Positions 37,718-48,400 are shown, counted from the first letter of the stretch. The stretch: 64,000 nucleotides of DNA from Prevotella sp. (GCA_017479675.1 JAFVBX010000074.1:24677-88676), one strand, 5' to 3'. A program made the numbers and translations. The notes: generated from the letters alone by a model not told the origin.

Positions 37718-38551
37718 ATGAAAAAGATAACGATAGCAATATTAGCAATAGCAGCCACATTAGGGGCATGCAGCAACGAAGACTACCTTGGTGGTCACGT
37801 CAATAAAGACGGTGCGGGTGTGCCTCTGGCATCATTGACGGCACAGATGGGTCAGACAGCCTCTGACCGCTCATGGAGTGCCAATGACAAGATAGGCGTG
37901 TCAGTGTCTTACTATGACCTCACCGCACAGAATCGTTCCTTCCTTTGCGCTGAGGATGCCAAGACATTCTCAGCTGAGACAGGAGTGCCTATATATATAA
38001 AAGGTGACTGCTCCGTAGTGGCTTACTGGCCGTTCATAGGCACTGACGCTGCAGAGCCTGTGTTTGAGATTGATACGCAGGATCAAACCTCCATCACCGA
38101 CTATCTCTTTGCCAAGGCTGATGGTGTCAACATCAACAACGGTGGTGCTGTAAACCTCACCTTTGAGCGTGTGCTTGCCAACCTGAAGGTCAACATCACT
38201 GCTACTGACGATGTCATCAGCAAGTGGATACTCTCAGGAGCATATACCGATGGTGTAGTCAACACCTACGACCTTAGTATAGCTCTGGCTAGTCAGAAAG
38301 ACATTACAGACTCTGGCTCAGCCATTACGCAGATTGATCTCAAACTCCTTCCTCAGACGGTGAATGTCAGTGAACAGGAGGTGTCCTTAATGTTGTTCGG
38401 ACAGAAGCGCACCTACTCCTTCGTGCTCAATGCGAGTGAGGCTCTTGAACTCATCTCTGCCCAGACCACCACATACAATGTGGACATAAAGAATGGCATG
38501 ACAACCATAGAACTCGTTCCTTCAGGAACTGTTGACTGGCAGGAAAAGTAG
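37718..38551 (+). CDS. Fimbrillin (Mfa1-like) lipoprotein
   Basis: Lipobox LGAC; W..NDKIGV, AYWP, DYLFA and LTF.RVLA.L pattern. Confidence 0.72.
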   Translation: MKKITIAILAIAATLGACSNEDYLGGHVNKDGAGVPLASLTAQMGQTASDRSWSANDKIGVSVSYYDLTAQNRSFLCAEDAKTFSAETGVPIYIKGDCSVVAYWPFIGTDAAEPVFEIDTQDQTSITDYLFAKADGVNINNGGAVNLTFERVLANLKVNITATDDVISKWILSGAYTDGVVNTYDLSIALASQKDITDSGSAITQIDLKLLPQTVNVSEQEVSLMLFGQKRTYSFVLNASEALELISAQTTTYNVDIKNGMTTIELVPSGTVDWQEK

Positions 38552-38602
38552 GGCTTTTACGTAGTATATAGTATAATGTATAGAGTATAAAGTATAAAGT
38601 TT

Positions 38603-40222
38603 ATGAAAAAGTACAATATATATTCGTTAGCGCTATCAGTTGCGTTTTCGTTAGCATTTTCCCTGTTGTTGGCAGGCTGCTCTAATGATGACACCTACTC
38701 TAATGCCGACAGCAAGTCGGGTGGTATTACGTTTCAGCTGTCCGATCAGCCCTCAGGCATAAATTCCAAGGCTGTTACCAAGAATTTCCAAACCTCCTTT
38801 GAGGTGGGCGACGAGGCAGGCGTGTTCATAGTCAAGGCTGGCAAGGTGGTAGGTGAGAACATCAAGATAACCTACAACTCCTATGGCTACTGGTCGGCAG
38901 ACGAGTCCTTCGACTATGCCACCTATGCCGATGCTCAGTTCTATGCCTATTACCCATACGCTGAGGCGGTAGAGTTTGACACTACGCTCGACTCCCCCTT
39001 CCAGACCTACATCGATACCTTCCAACCACAGGCTGATCAGTCAGAGGCAGTTGCCTACGAAGCGAGCGACCTTATGACATCCTATGCTGCTACAGTCGAT
39101 GCTACCAGCCGTACTGTCAGTGTGTATATGCACCACGATATGGCAATGGTGTGCATGGAACTGCCCAACCATTCCTACACCTTCTCTAACGATGAACTGT
39201 CCACCTATGTAGTGTCTGAGGCTACCGATGCCACCTTCAAGTTTGGCGACAACAATATTGTTCCCTCGCTTGATGATGCCACACAGCAATACCGCTATCT
39301 GGTAAATCCCCTTGCTACAGCCAATATTTCTGTAACCTATAAGAACAACGGTGTTGAAGCCCAGGCAACAGTTACAGGTATAGGTGAGATAGGTTCTGGC
39401 AACTACCATGTGGAGAAAATCGATGGTGGTGTAAAGCTCACCCCGTGGACCTTGCAGGAAGGCGACTTCTATATGAACGATGGCACCTTGCTGGCAAAGG
39501 GCACCACGCTCACTAATGAGCAGAAGGCTGCCGTGCTTGGAGTAGTATATAAGATAGGCACCTCTGAGCCTGTCGTTGCTGCCGATTCACGTTGGTGCCA
39601 CGCTATGGTAGTGGGACTCACCAAGACGCAGAACACATGGGCTCCAGACATAAACCCTGACGATCCAACTACTACAGCCCTTACAAGTGCACAGAACAGC
39701 GCAGGCTGGAAATCCTGGTATTCAAACTTTGGCCTCAGTCACCTTATCAGTAATAATGCTTCTGCAAGCAAGATTGTTATCGATGAATTGGAGGAAACGG
39801 GCCATAGAAACACCGTCAACTGGTCGTTAGTGCCTGATATCATCAGCAGTGCCAATGCACCAAAGATTACCGATGATTCCAAGAAGAACTTCGCCACAGT
39901 ATTCAAGGGCATATATCAGGCTCAGCAAGAAGCAGTACCAGTGCCCACAGCACTCTGCACCTCATGGTATGTGCCATCTCTTGCTGCATGGGTGGACATG
40001 AAGAATAGCGACCTCACAGCCGTTGAGGCTTCTATCAGCGCAGCAGGCGGCGAGGCACTTGGCATCAGCTCCAAGCTCTCAGTACCATATTGGTCAAGCA
40101 ACCTGCGCGGTCATGAAACCATGTGGGGCTTCACCGCTGACGGCACTACCTCCGACAAGCTATTCACATCTCTTGATATGCGCAAGAATTCTCGATTCTA
40201 CCGTTGGATTCTTGCATTCTAA
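38603..40222 (+). CDS. Fimbrillin-like lipoprotein with C-terminal extension
   Basis: Lipobox LAGC; F..GD.AGVF, YAYYPY, SDLM and HHDMA motifs; C-terminal GDFY..DG and WYVPS segments. Confidence 0.72.
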   Translation: MKKYNIYSLALSVAFSLAFSLLLAGCSNDDTYSNADSKSGGITFQLSDQPSGINSKAVTKNFQTSFEVGDEAGVFIVKAGKVVGENIKITYNSYGYWSADESFDYATYADAQFYAYYPYAEAVEFDTTLDSPFQTYIDTFQPQADQSEAVAYEASDLMTSYAATVDATSRTVSVYMHHDMAMVCMELPNHSYTFSNDELSTYVVSEATDATFKFGDNNIVPSLDDATQQYRYLVNPLATANISVTYKNNGVEAQATVTGIGEIGSGNYHVEKIDGGVKLTPWTLQEGDFYMNDGTLLAKGTTLTNEQKAAVLGVVYKIGTSEPVVAADSRWCHAMVVGLTKTQNTWAPDINPDDPTTTALTSAQNSAGWKSWYSNFGLSHLISNNASASKIVIDELEETGHRNTVNWSLVPDIISSANAPKITDDSKKNFATVFKGIYQAQQEAVPVPTALCTSWYVPSLAAWVDMKNSDLTAVEASISAAGGEALGISSKLSVPYWSSNLRGHETMWGFTADGTTSDKLFTSLDMRKNSRFYRWILAF

Positions 40223-40228
40223 AAGCCT

Positions 40229-40543
40229 ATGAGACGCGAAGCATTCAAGATGTTCCTCAATCCCGGGCAGAAGGAGGAATACAAACGCAGGCACAAGAAC
40301 CTTTTTCCTGAGTTGCGCGCACTGCTCCATGAGAGTGGTGTACGCAACTACAGCATTTATCTTGATGAAGACACCGACACCCTCTATGCCTATCAGGAAC
40401 TTGAGGGCGACGGCGGGTCACAAGATCTTGGGGCAACAGAGATTTGCCAGCGGTGGTGGGCTTATATGGCAGACATCATGAAGTGCAATCCCGATAATTC
40501 GCCCGTCAGCATCCCGCTGCCTGAGATGTTTCACATGGACTGA
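40229..40543 (+). CDS. rhaM: L-rhamnose mutarotase (copy 2)
   Basis: AFKMFL..G..EEYKRRH, NYSIY and RWWAYMADIM motifs. Confidence 0.9.
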   Translation: MRREAFKMFLNPGQKEEYKRRHKNLFPELRALLHESGVRNYSIYLDEDTDTLYAYQELEGDGGSQDLGATEICQRWWAYMADIMKCNPDNSPVSIPLPEMFHMD

Positions 40544-40654
40544 ACAAAAATATAGGTGATTGTACGTAATTGTAAGTGTACAGTCACCTATGTTTTATAA
40601 TTTTGCAACAGAAAACGATTAATCATTCATAAAACTTTTACAAATTTTACAAAC

Positions 40655-42280
40655 ATGAGAAAATTACTACAAAAGACACTTATCCTGGCACTGCTCAGTG
40701 TCGTGGGTATTAATGCGAAGGCTGTTCAGAAGGTTATCTACAGCTACAATCAGGGTACAGAGAGCGGTACGGCTACTGCTACCGTAGTAGGTACTGCTAC
40801 AGGTGAAAAAGCTGTTGACAAGGCTTACTCTTCAAAAATCAACAGCAACCAATCTGCTGTTACTTGTATTACATTCCCCAGCAGCATTACCAGTAGTGGA
40901 GCTTATGTCGCTGCACTGAAGGTGGAAGGCGACTTCAAGGCTGGCGACAAGATTACTGTGCAGCCATTCACTCAGATGAGCACCGATGATTTTACTGGTG
41001 GTGCAAAGTATGCTACAGTAATGCTCTATGACGCTGACGTAAAGAAGATTGCCGACATCACAGGCAGTGCAGCAGGTGCCCTCACCATAACCGACGGTCA
41101 CGAGGAGGCTGGCGATCCAAAGTCTTTCGACTACTATCTTGAGAAGGACTACACCGAGCTTTACTTCGGTCGTGCCGGCGGCACGCGTCTCAACATCCTC
41201 TCTCTCACCATCACTCGTGAAGTGGCAGGTGGCACAGCAATAGAGCTAACCACCTCATCGGCTGCTATCTATGCGCTGAACTCTACTACTCCAGAAGGAA
41301 AGTTGCCAACCGAAACAGGAACGAGCTCCGCAACATGGGAGGGCACAAGCTACTCATTTTCTCTGACAGGCGCAACGTCATCAGAGTATCTGCGAGATCT
41401 CAATAGCACAAAGGCAGAACGCCAGATTGTGATTAATGAAACGAGCTACCGTCCAATCCTCTTAAACAAAGGCACGAATGGTGTATATAACATCACAAAG
41501 TCTGATAACGTAAAGTCTGTCACACTCTATGCAAAGTACAATGCTACAAGCGGAACGGCAGGAACAATTATCTTCGATTATGGCTTGACAGGTCAGACTA
41601 CGGCTACTACCCTTCCTCTGCTTGAGGAGACGGCTGCAGAGTTTGACGTTACTGACAAGACGAACATCCGCGTTTCAGGTGGTACGGCAATAGCATTTGC
41701 CATTGAGTATGAAAGCGGTGCTTCCGTAACCGTTGCCGACATCAACTGGGCATCGCTCTATCTGCCTGTGGCAGTGACTATACCTGAGGGAGTCAAGGCT
41801 TACTACGCTTCTAATGTATCTTCTTCAAGTGTTACTCTCACGGAGATAACAGATGCCATACCTGCCAACACTGGCGTAGTAATCAACGCGGAGGCAGACA
41901 CATATTCCTTCCCTATCGCTACAACAGAGGTTGCAGCTCTTGGCGACGGAGTAAACAAATTTGACGGCGTTGCTGCTGACACACCTTGCGATGCAAGGAC
42001 TGCCTATGTGCTCTCTGGTGCCAACGAAGCCAAGACAGCTCCAAAGTTCGGTCTCTACACGGGAACTACTCTTGGTGCATACAAGGCTTACATCGACAAG
42101 GAGGCAAACAATCTTGGCGATGCCTTGACACTCAACTTCGTCATCGGTGAGCCCACTGCGATAGATTCCATCGAGGCAGCTACTCCTGCAGCACAAGTCA
42201 AGAAGTATATACTCAACGGCGCTGTCATCGTAGAGAAGGACGGCAAGAAGTATAATACTGCAGGTGCTCAGGTGAAATAG
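40655..42280 (+). CDS. Secreted multidomain protein with T9SS-type C-terminus
   Basis: Signal peptide, Thr/Gly-rich beta domains, WASLYLP.AV.IP.GV.AY domain, PTAIDSI...KKYNTAGAQVK tail. Confidence 0.75.
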   Translation: MRKLLQKTLILALLSVVGINAKAVQKVIYSYNQGTESGTATATVVGTATGEKAVDKAYSSKINSNQSAVTCITFPSSITSSGAYVAALKVEGDFKAGDKITVQPFTQMSTDDFTGGAKYATVMLYDADVKKIADITGSAAGALTITDGHEEAGDPKSFDYYLEKDYTELYFGRAGGTRLNILSLTITREVAGGTAIELTTSSAAIYALNSTTPEGKLPTETGTSSATWEGTSYSFSLTGATSSEYLRDLNSTKAERQIVINETSYRPILLNKGTNGVYNITKSDNVKSVTLYAKYNATSGTAGTIIFDYGLTGQTTATTLPLLEETAAEFDVTDKTNIRVSGGTAIAFAIEYESGASVTVADINWASLYLPVAVTIPEGVKAYYASNVSSSSVTLTEITDAIPANTGVVINAEADTYSFPIATTEVAALGDGVNKFDGVAADTPCDARTAYVLSGANEAKTAPKFGLYTGTTLGAYKAYIDKEANNLGDALTLNFVIGEPTAIDSIEAATPAAQVKKYILNGAVIVEKDGKKYNTAGAQVK

Positions 42281-42339
42281 TTTACAGTTTACCGTTTATG
42301 GTTTACAGTTTTAGGTATAAAGAAAAAGTATATAAGTAT

Positions 42340-42483
42340 ATGAAAAAAGTATATATGGCTCCCCTTGCGGAGGTTATAAAGCTACAGAACATGCCGTTGC
42401 TGGCAGCAGTATCTGGCGAGATTAGCGGAGAAACAGAAATACAGTACTCCAAGGACCTCGAATTTGAAGAAGAAGATGAATAG
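42340..42483 (+). CDS. 47-aa small peptide (MKKVYMAP...; acidic tail)
   Basis: ATG after an AT-rich leader; MKKxYxxPxxEV pattern common in Bacteroidales small ORFs. Confidence 0.6.
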   Translation: MKKVYMAPLAEVIKLQNMPLLAAVSGEISGETEIQYSKDLEFEEEDE

Positions 42484-42525
42484 TAATAGTAAGATTAGTA
42501 AATAAGTTTTTTCACGATTGTATCA

Positions 42526-42573
42526 GACGTGCCGCCGTGCTCCCCGTAGCATGACGGCACGTCACTTTTTTTT
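42526..42573 (+). terminator. Intrinsic terminator
   Basis: GACGTGCCGCCGTGCT...AGCATGACGGCACGTC followed by a T-run. Confidence 0.85.
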
Positions 42574-42669
42574 CATTTTTCTAAGCAATTATTTTGTCTG
42601 ATTGCAAAATATTTATTATCTTTGCAACCGATATTAACTTAATGCACATTAAATTAATTGGTGCCAGAT

Positions 42670-43986
42670 ATGAGATTCTATGACAGAGAAAAGGAGTTGG
42701 CAATACTCCAGACAAATTGGGAGCAGACTTCAGAACGGGGACGAATGACTGTCCTGATAGGACGAAGGCGCATAGGTAAGACTACGCTATTGACAAAGAG
42801 TGCCGATGAAGGTGGACAACCATTACTTTATCTCTATGTCTCAAAAGATAACGAACGGGTATTGACTGGCAAATTCCAAGAAGCGGCAGAGCAGGCTCTT
42901 GGACTTCAAATTTTTGGTCGTATGGAGACGTTTGCGCAGTTCTTCGAACAACTGTTGCGTTATGGTCAGGAAAATCACTTTACGCTGGTATTTGATGAAT
43001 TCCAGAATTTCCTGAAAGTGAATCCAGCCATCCCAAGTCATATACAAGATATTTGGGATCGCTATCACGAAAAGTCAAAGGTCAATATGGTTGCCTGTGG
43101 AAGTATTTATAATATGATGCACAAGATATTCGACAATGAAGATGAGCCTCTTTATGGTCGTCAGGATTGCCGATTGAATATGTTGCCGTTCCGTATCAGC
43201 ATACTGAAACAAATTCTTCACGACCATAACCCTAAATACACACCAGAAGACTTGCTTTGTCTTTACACACTGACAGGCGGTGTTGCTAAATACGTGGCAT
43301 GGCTGATGAATGCCAAAGCAACGACAAAGGCAAAAATGCTTAGATGGGTCACTCAGGCTGGTTCTCCTTACCTCTCTGAGGGTACAGAACTCATTATGTC
43401 TGAATTTGGCAAGGACTATACCAACTATCTGAGCATTCTGCAATTGATAGCATCAGGTATGAATACCCAGAGCGAGATAGACGGTGCCATCGGCAAGAAT
43501 ACAGGTGCTTACCTTGACAATTTGGAAGAAGACTACAGTTATATCCACCGCAAGCAACCCATGTTCAGCAAGCCTGGTGGAAGGAATTCCCGTTGGCAGC
43601 TGGACGACTGCTTCCTGCGTTTATGGTTCCGCTTTATCATGCGCAACCAGTCATTAGTCGAAATGGAACGCAACGACCTGCTACTTGAAATAGTCGAAAA
43701 AGGGTATGAGCAATATACTGGCCTTGTGCTCGAACAGTACTTCCGCCAAAAGTGGATGGAAGAGGAACGGGTGACACTGGTAGGCAACTATTGGGATCGC
43801 AAGGGGCAGAATGAAATAGACATGATTGCACTCAACGACATTGACAAAACTGCCGTAGTAGCGGAAATCAAGCGCCAGCGTAGGAAATTCAGCCCCACAG
43901 AACTTGCTGAGAAAGCAGCGTCTCTTAACAAGGAGTTGTCAAAATATTCCGTTATGCAGATAGGCTTGTCAATGGAAGATATGTAA
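42670..43986 (+). CDS. AAA ATPase (ATPase_2/DUF234 type) with C-terminal PD-(D/E)xK-like domain
   Basis: FYDREKEL, GRRRIGKT, FDEFQ, LYGR and WDRKGQNEIDMIA...AEIK motifs. Confidence 0.87.
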   Translation: MRFYDREKELAILQTNWEQTSERGRMTVLIGRRRIGKTTLLTKSADEGGQPLLYLYVSKDNERVLTGKFQEAAEQALGLQIFGRMETFAQFFEQLLRYGQENHFTLVFDEFQNFLKVNPAIPSHIQDIWDRYHEKSKVNMVACGSIYNMMHKIFDNEDEPLYGRQDCRLNMLPFRISILKQILHDHNPKYTPEDLLCLYTLTGGVAKYVAWLMNAKATTKAKMLRWVTQAGSPYLSEGTELIMSEFGKDYTNYLSILQLIASGMNTQSEIDGAIGKNTGAYLDNLEEDYSYIHRKQPMFSKPGGRNSRWQLDDCFLRLWFRFIMRNQSLVEMERNDLLLEIVEKGYEQYTGLVLEQYFRQKWMEEERVTLVGNYWDRKGQNEIDMIALNDIDKTAVVAEIKRQRRKFSPTELAEKAASLNKELSKYSVMQIGLSMEDM

Positions 43987-44151
43987 TGGCCTACTCTCCG
44001 CAAGGCATGAGCCCCTGCGGAGAGTTTTTTCTCCCGTGTATATAAATGTACACTTTTGAACAAAACCTTTCACTGTGTACATTGTTTTATTACTACATTT
44101 GTGCCGAGAAATCAAATCATTTTATTATTAACCTATAAACAAAGAAAATTT

Positions 44152-45273
44152 ATGAAGAAAATTTTTACTCTTATCGCAACAGCATTGTTGGCACTGACAG
44201 CCAATGCTGAAACAATCGCATCGTGGAAGACGGGTACTGCTACTGGCACATGGACAGTTGAACAGGCAGCCGATGGCTACATCATTACAGACGGTACTGG
44301 CAAGTACAACAGTAACTCCACTTCCGTAAATGCCATTAAGTTCACCAAGAGCATTGTGTCAAGCGGTGAGTTCCAGGCAGCTTACAAGGTTACCGTTGAG
44401 GGCGGTTTCAAGAAAGGTGACAAGATTACCGTGCAGCCGTTTACATCAATGAACGCAACAGACTATGCTGGCGGCTCAAAGTATGCTAACATCCTTGTGT
44501 ATAGCGCAGAGAAGAAGCAGATAGCAGACCTCACAGGCAGCGCAGCAGGTGCCCTCACCGTAACAGACGGTCATGAGGAGGCAGGAGAGCCCAAGACTTT
44601 TGATTATACACTTGACTCAGACTATGATGCCCTCTACTTCGGTCGTGGCGGCAATACCAACATCTACGTTATGAACATTGAAATAGTTCGCGGCGAAGAT
44701 ACAACAGGCGGCGGCGAGGCTGCTCCTGCTACCTCTAAGGTATGGGACTTCTCTACATTTGCTGCTGAAGAGGCAGAGTACACCTCTCCATATGACTACG
44801 ACGGACTGTCATGCGTGATGACCTACGTTTCAGGCAAGGACTACATCACCTCAAAGGGTTTCCACGCTAACGGTCAGAGCACAGCTACAAACCGCTACAT
44901 ATCATTCAAGCCTACCGCAGCAGGTACTCTCAGCGCAACCTTCACTTCTAACAATGCCGCTGATGCTGCCAACCGCACTACGGCTATCGGCACTAAAGTG
45001 ACAAAGGACGCAACTGCAGAGACAGATGGTGTGCTGGCAATAGCAACTGCAGAGACTGGCACCGTGTCAGCACCTGTTGAGGCAAACACCACTTACTACA
45101 TCTGGCTTGCTGTAGGCGGTCAGACCATCAAGACTGTAACATACGAGCCAAGTGCTACAGCCGTTGAGGCTATCGCTGAGAATGCACCAGCTGTTGCAAA
45201 GGCAGTAAAGGTTATCAAGAATGGTAAGCTCTACATCGGCAACTATAATGTAGCTGGTCAGCAAGTAAAGTAA
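44152..45273 (+). CDS. Secreted protein with T9SS-type C-terminus sharing a domain with 40655
   Basis: MKKIFTL signal peptide; shared IADLTGSAAGALT.TDGHEEAG domain; KVIKNGKLYI...GQQVK tail. Confidence 0.78.
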   Translation: MKKIFTLIATALLALTANAETIASWKTGTATGTWTVEQAADGYIITDGTGKYNSNSTSVNAIKFTKSIVSSGEFQAAYKVTVEGGFKKGDKITVQPFTSMNATDYAGGSKYANILVYSAEKKQIADLTGSAAGALTVTDGHEEAGEPKTFDYTLDSDYDALYFGRGGNTNIYVMNIEIVRGEDTTGGGEAAPATSKVWDFSTFAAEEAEYTSPYDYDGLSCVMTYVSGKDYITSKGFHANGQSTATNRYISFKPTAAGTLSATFTSNNAADAANRTTAIGTKVTKDATAETDGVLAIATAETGTVSAPVEANTTYYIWLAVGGQTIKTVTYEPSATAVEAIAENAPAVAKAVKVIKNGKLYIGNYNVAGQQVK

Positions 45274-45471
45274 GTTGACAGTTGACAGTTTACGGTTTAC
45301 TGTATAAATACAGGACTGTGCCAGGCGAATGCTTGGCACAGTTTTTTTATACATGAAATCCTACGGATTTGTATAAAACAATACGTCGCTTTTCGCTTAT
45401 TATTCCTACCTTTGCAGACGAAAACAACACTATTGCTGTAAAAAAACTAACCAAATAAGTAAAACCAAGTT

Positions 45472-48400
45472 ATGAACAACAGAAAACTTTCTCTCACACT
45501 CATGGTCTGCGCCCTGTTTGCATGGATAGGTGCCAGCGGCGGCGAACGCTACAACTTCAATGCAGACTGGAAACTGGCTCTGGGCAAGGAACTGAAAGGC
45601 TCAAGCCTGAAGATAGACGACAGCTCCTGGAAGAGTGTTACCCTGCCCTATGCCTACAACCAGCATGAGGCTTTTGCCCGTGCCTGCCAGGAACTGAGCG
45701 ACACCGTCATGTGGTATCGCAAGCACTTCGTGCTGCCAAAGTCTGCCAAGGGCAAGAAGGTGTTCATAGAGTTCGAGGGCGCACGCTTCGGCGCACGCGT
45801 GTTCATCAACGGCAAATCGCTGGGATGGGCAGAGAACGGCGTGATGGCTTTCGGCTTTGACCTGACACCTTATATAAAATATGACAAGGAGAACATCGTG
45901 GCAGTATATGTCGATAGCGACTGGCGCTACAAGGAGCACATCAAGACCATACGCGAGAAGGACGGCAAGGAGGTGCGCTCCGGCTTCCAGTGGAACGACA
46001 AGAACTTCTACTGCAACTACGGCGGCATCAACAAGAATGTATGGCTGCACATCATGGACCCCGTGCACCAGACCCTTCCACTATATACCAACCTCGGCAC
46101 TACGGGCGTATATGTCTATGCCAAGGACATAACGGTGAAGGGCGGCAAGGCTACCGTATGCGCCGAGACGCAGGTGGTCAACGACAGCCAGTCACCCAGA
46201 CAGGTGGAGTATCAGGTAACCCTCATAGACAAGGACGGCAACGAGGTGGCACGCTTCAACGGCGAGAAGAAGACAGTGGAAATGGGCGACACCGTTACGC
46301 TAAGGGCAGAGAAGAAAGTGAGCGGGCTGCACCTGTGGAGCTGGGGCTACGGCTACCTCTACACGGTGAAGTCGAGCATACTCGTTGACGGCAAGCTTAC
46401 CGACACCCAGACAATCAGGACTGGCTTCCGCAAGACGGAGTTCAAGAACGGCATGTTCTACCTCAACGACCGCGTGCTGCAGCTGAAAGGCTTCGCCCAG
46501 CGTTCCACTAACGAGTGGCCTGCCCTCGGCATCTCCATCCCTGCGTGGATGAGCGACTACAGCAACAGCCTCGTGCTCGGCTGCAACGGCAACTTCTACC
46601 GCTGGATGCACGTGACGCCGTCCAAGCAGGATGTAAACTCCTTCGACCGTCTCGGTCTCATCATGGCTATGCCTGCAGGCGACTCGGAGAAAGACGTCAA
46701 CGACCGCCGCTGGCAGCAGCGCGTGGAGCTGATGCGCGATGCCACGATATACAACCGCAACAACCCCTCCGTCATATTCTATGAAGGCGGCAACAACCAG
46801 ATAACAGAAGCCCACATGAGCGAACTCAAAGCTGTGCGCGACCAGTACGACCCCAACGGCGGCAGGGCGTCAGGCTCACGCAACATGCTCGACTCCAAGG
46901 TGGCAGAGTACGGCGGCGAGATGCTCTAAGTCAACAAGTCGGCAGGCAAGCCCATGTTCATGATGGAGTACAACCGCGACGAGGGCATACGCCGCTACTG
47001 GGACCAGTGGAGCTACCCCTATCACATGGAGGGCGAAGGTCCGCTCTACCGCGGTGACCGTGCCGTTGCCTACAACCACAACCAGGACGGACTTGCCGTG
47101 GAGAACATCATAAGGTGGAACGAATACTGGATGGCACGCCCTGGACAGGGCAAGCGTGTCAACAGCGGCGGCGCAAAGATTATCTTCTCCGATTCCAACA
47201 CCCATGCTCGCGGCGAGAAGTCATACCGCACTTCGGGCGACGTCGATGCCATGCGCATACCCAAAGACTCATGGTTCGTCCATCAGGCTATATGGGACGG
47301 ATGGGTTGACACGGAGGCAGAACACACCTACATCATAGGACACTGGAACTACGAGCAGGGCGACAAGGACGGCAAGCCGGTGGTAAAGCCCGTCTATGTG
47401 GCATCGACCGGCGACGAGGTGGAGCTGTTGCTCAACGGCAAGTCCCTCGGCAAGGGAGTACGTTCAAACACTTTCCTCTTTACCTTCAGCGACATAAAAT
47501 GGGAGGCTGGCACCCTCAAGGCTGTCAGCTACAAGGACGGCAAGGAGGTAAGCAGCCACGAGGTGAAGACTGCGGGCAAGCCCGTAAGCCTGCGCATGAA
47601 GTGGATAGACGCCCCCGAGACATTCCGCGCCGACGGCAGCGACATACGCATAGCCGAGATAGAAGCGGTTGACAAGGACGGCCAGCGCCATCCTCTCGCC
47701 CACGACATGGTGACCTTCGACGTTACGGGATGCGGCGAATACATAGGCGGCGTGAGCGGTGTGGTGAGCGAAGAGGAGAAAGCCCTCAACGCGGCTGCCG
47801 TGCCAGCTACCGAAGGCGAGATAACTGCCGAGGGAGGACACAGCAAGGATACCAACGGCGTGATGTCAAAGGAACTGATGCTCGAAGGCGGTGTGATACG
47901 CGTAATGGTGCGCTCCACCCTCAATGCAGGAAAGGTAAGCCTCAGCGCCAAGGCAAAGGGCTACAAGACGGCAAGCCTCACGACGAACACCGTAAGCTGT
48001 CCACAGAAGAACGGTTTCTATGTAGATGCCGCAGGCAACGCCATCGAAGCGGACTGGGCTGCGGAACTGCCGCTGTACCTGAAGCGCGGCGAGACACCTG
48101 CCACGCCTTCGTACCGCCAGCACCTGAGCACCGTAGAGATTAAGGACGTGGAGGTACCCGTAAACCAGGAACTTGCCAAATACATGTTTGACGACAACGA
48201 GAACAGTAGCAAGGAAAGTCCCTCACTGTGGAAAAACGACGGCAAACTGCAGACGGCATGGGTGAAGGTGACGCTGGCGAAACCTGCTGCCATAAAGCGC
48301 ATAGCACTTCGCATGGACGGTTTCCGCCGCACCAGCTACCCCCTGCAGGTGTATGCTGACGGCAAGATGGTATGGGAAGGCTATACCGACAAGACGCTCG

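Noticed and set aside
42340-42483. Lasso peptide or RiPP biosynthetic cluster
   Set aside because: No cyclase, peptidase, RRE or radical-SAM gene is in the window; only the peptide is kept as a low-level finding.
46927-46929. Stop-codon reassignment or programmed readthrough
   Set aside because: TAA terminates many other genes in the window; a point mutation or sequencing error is simpler.
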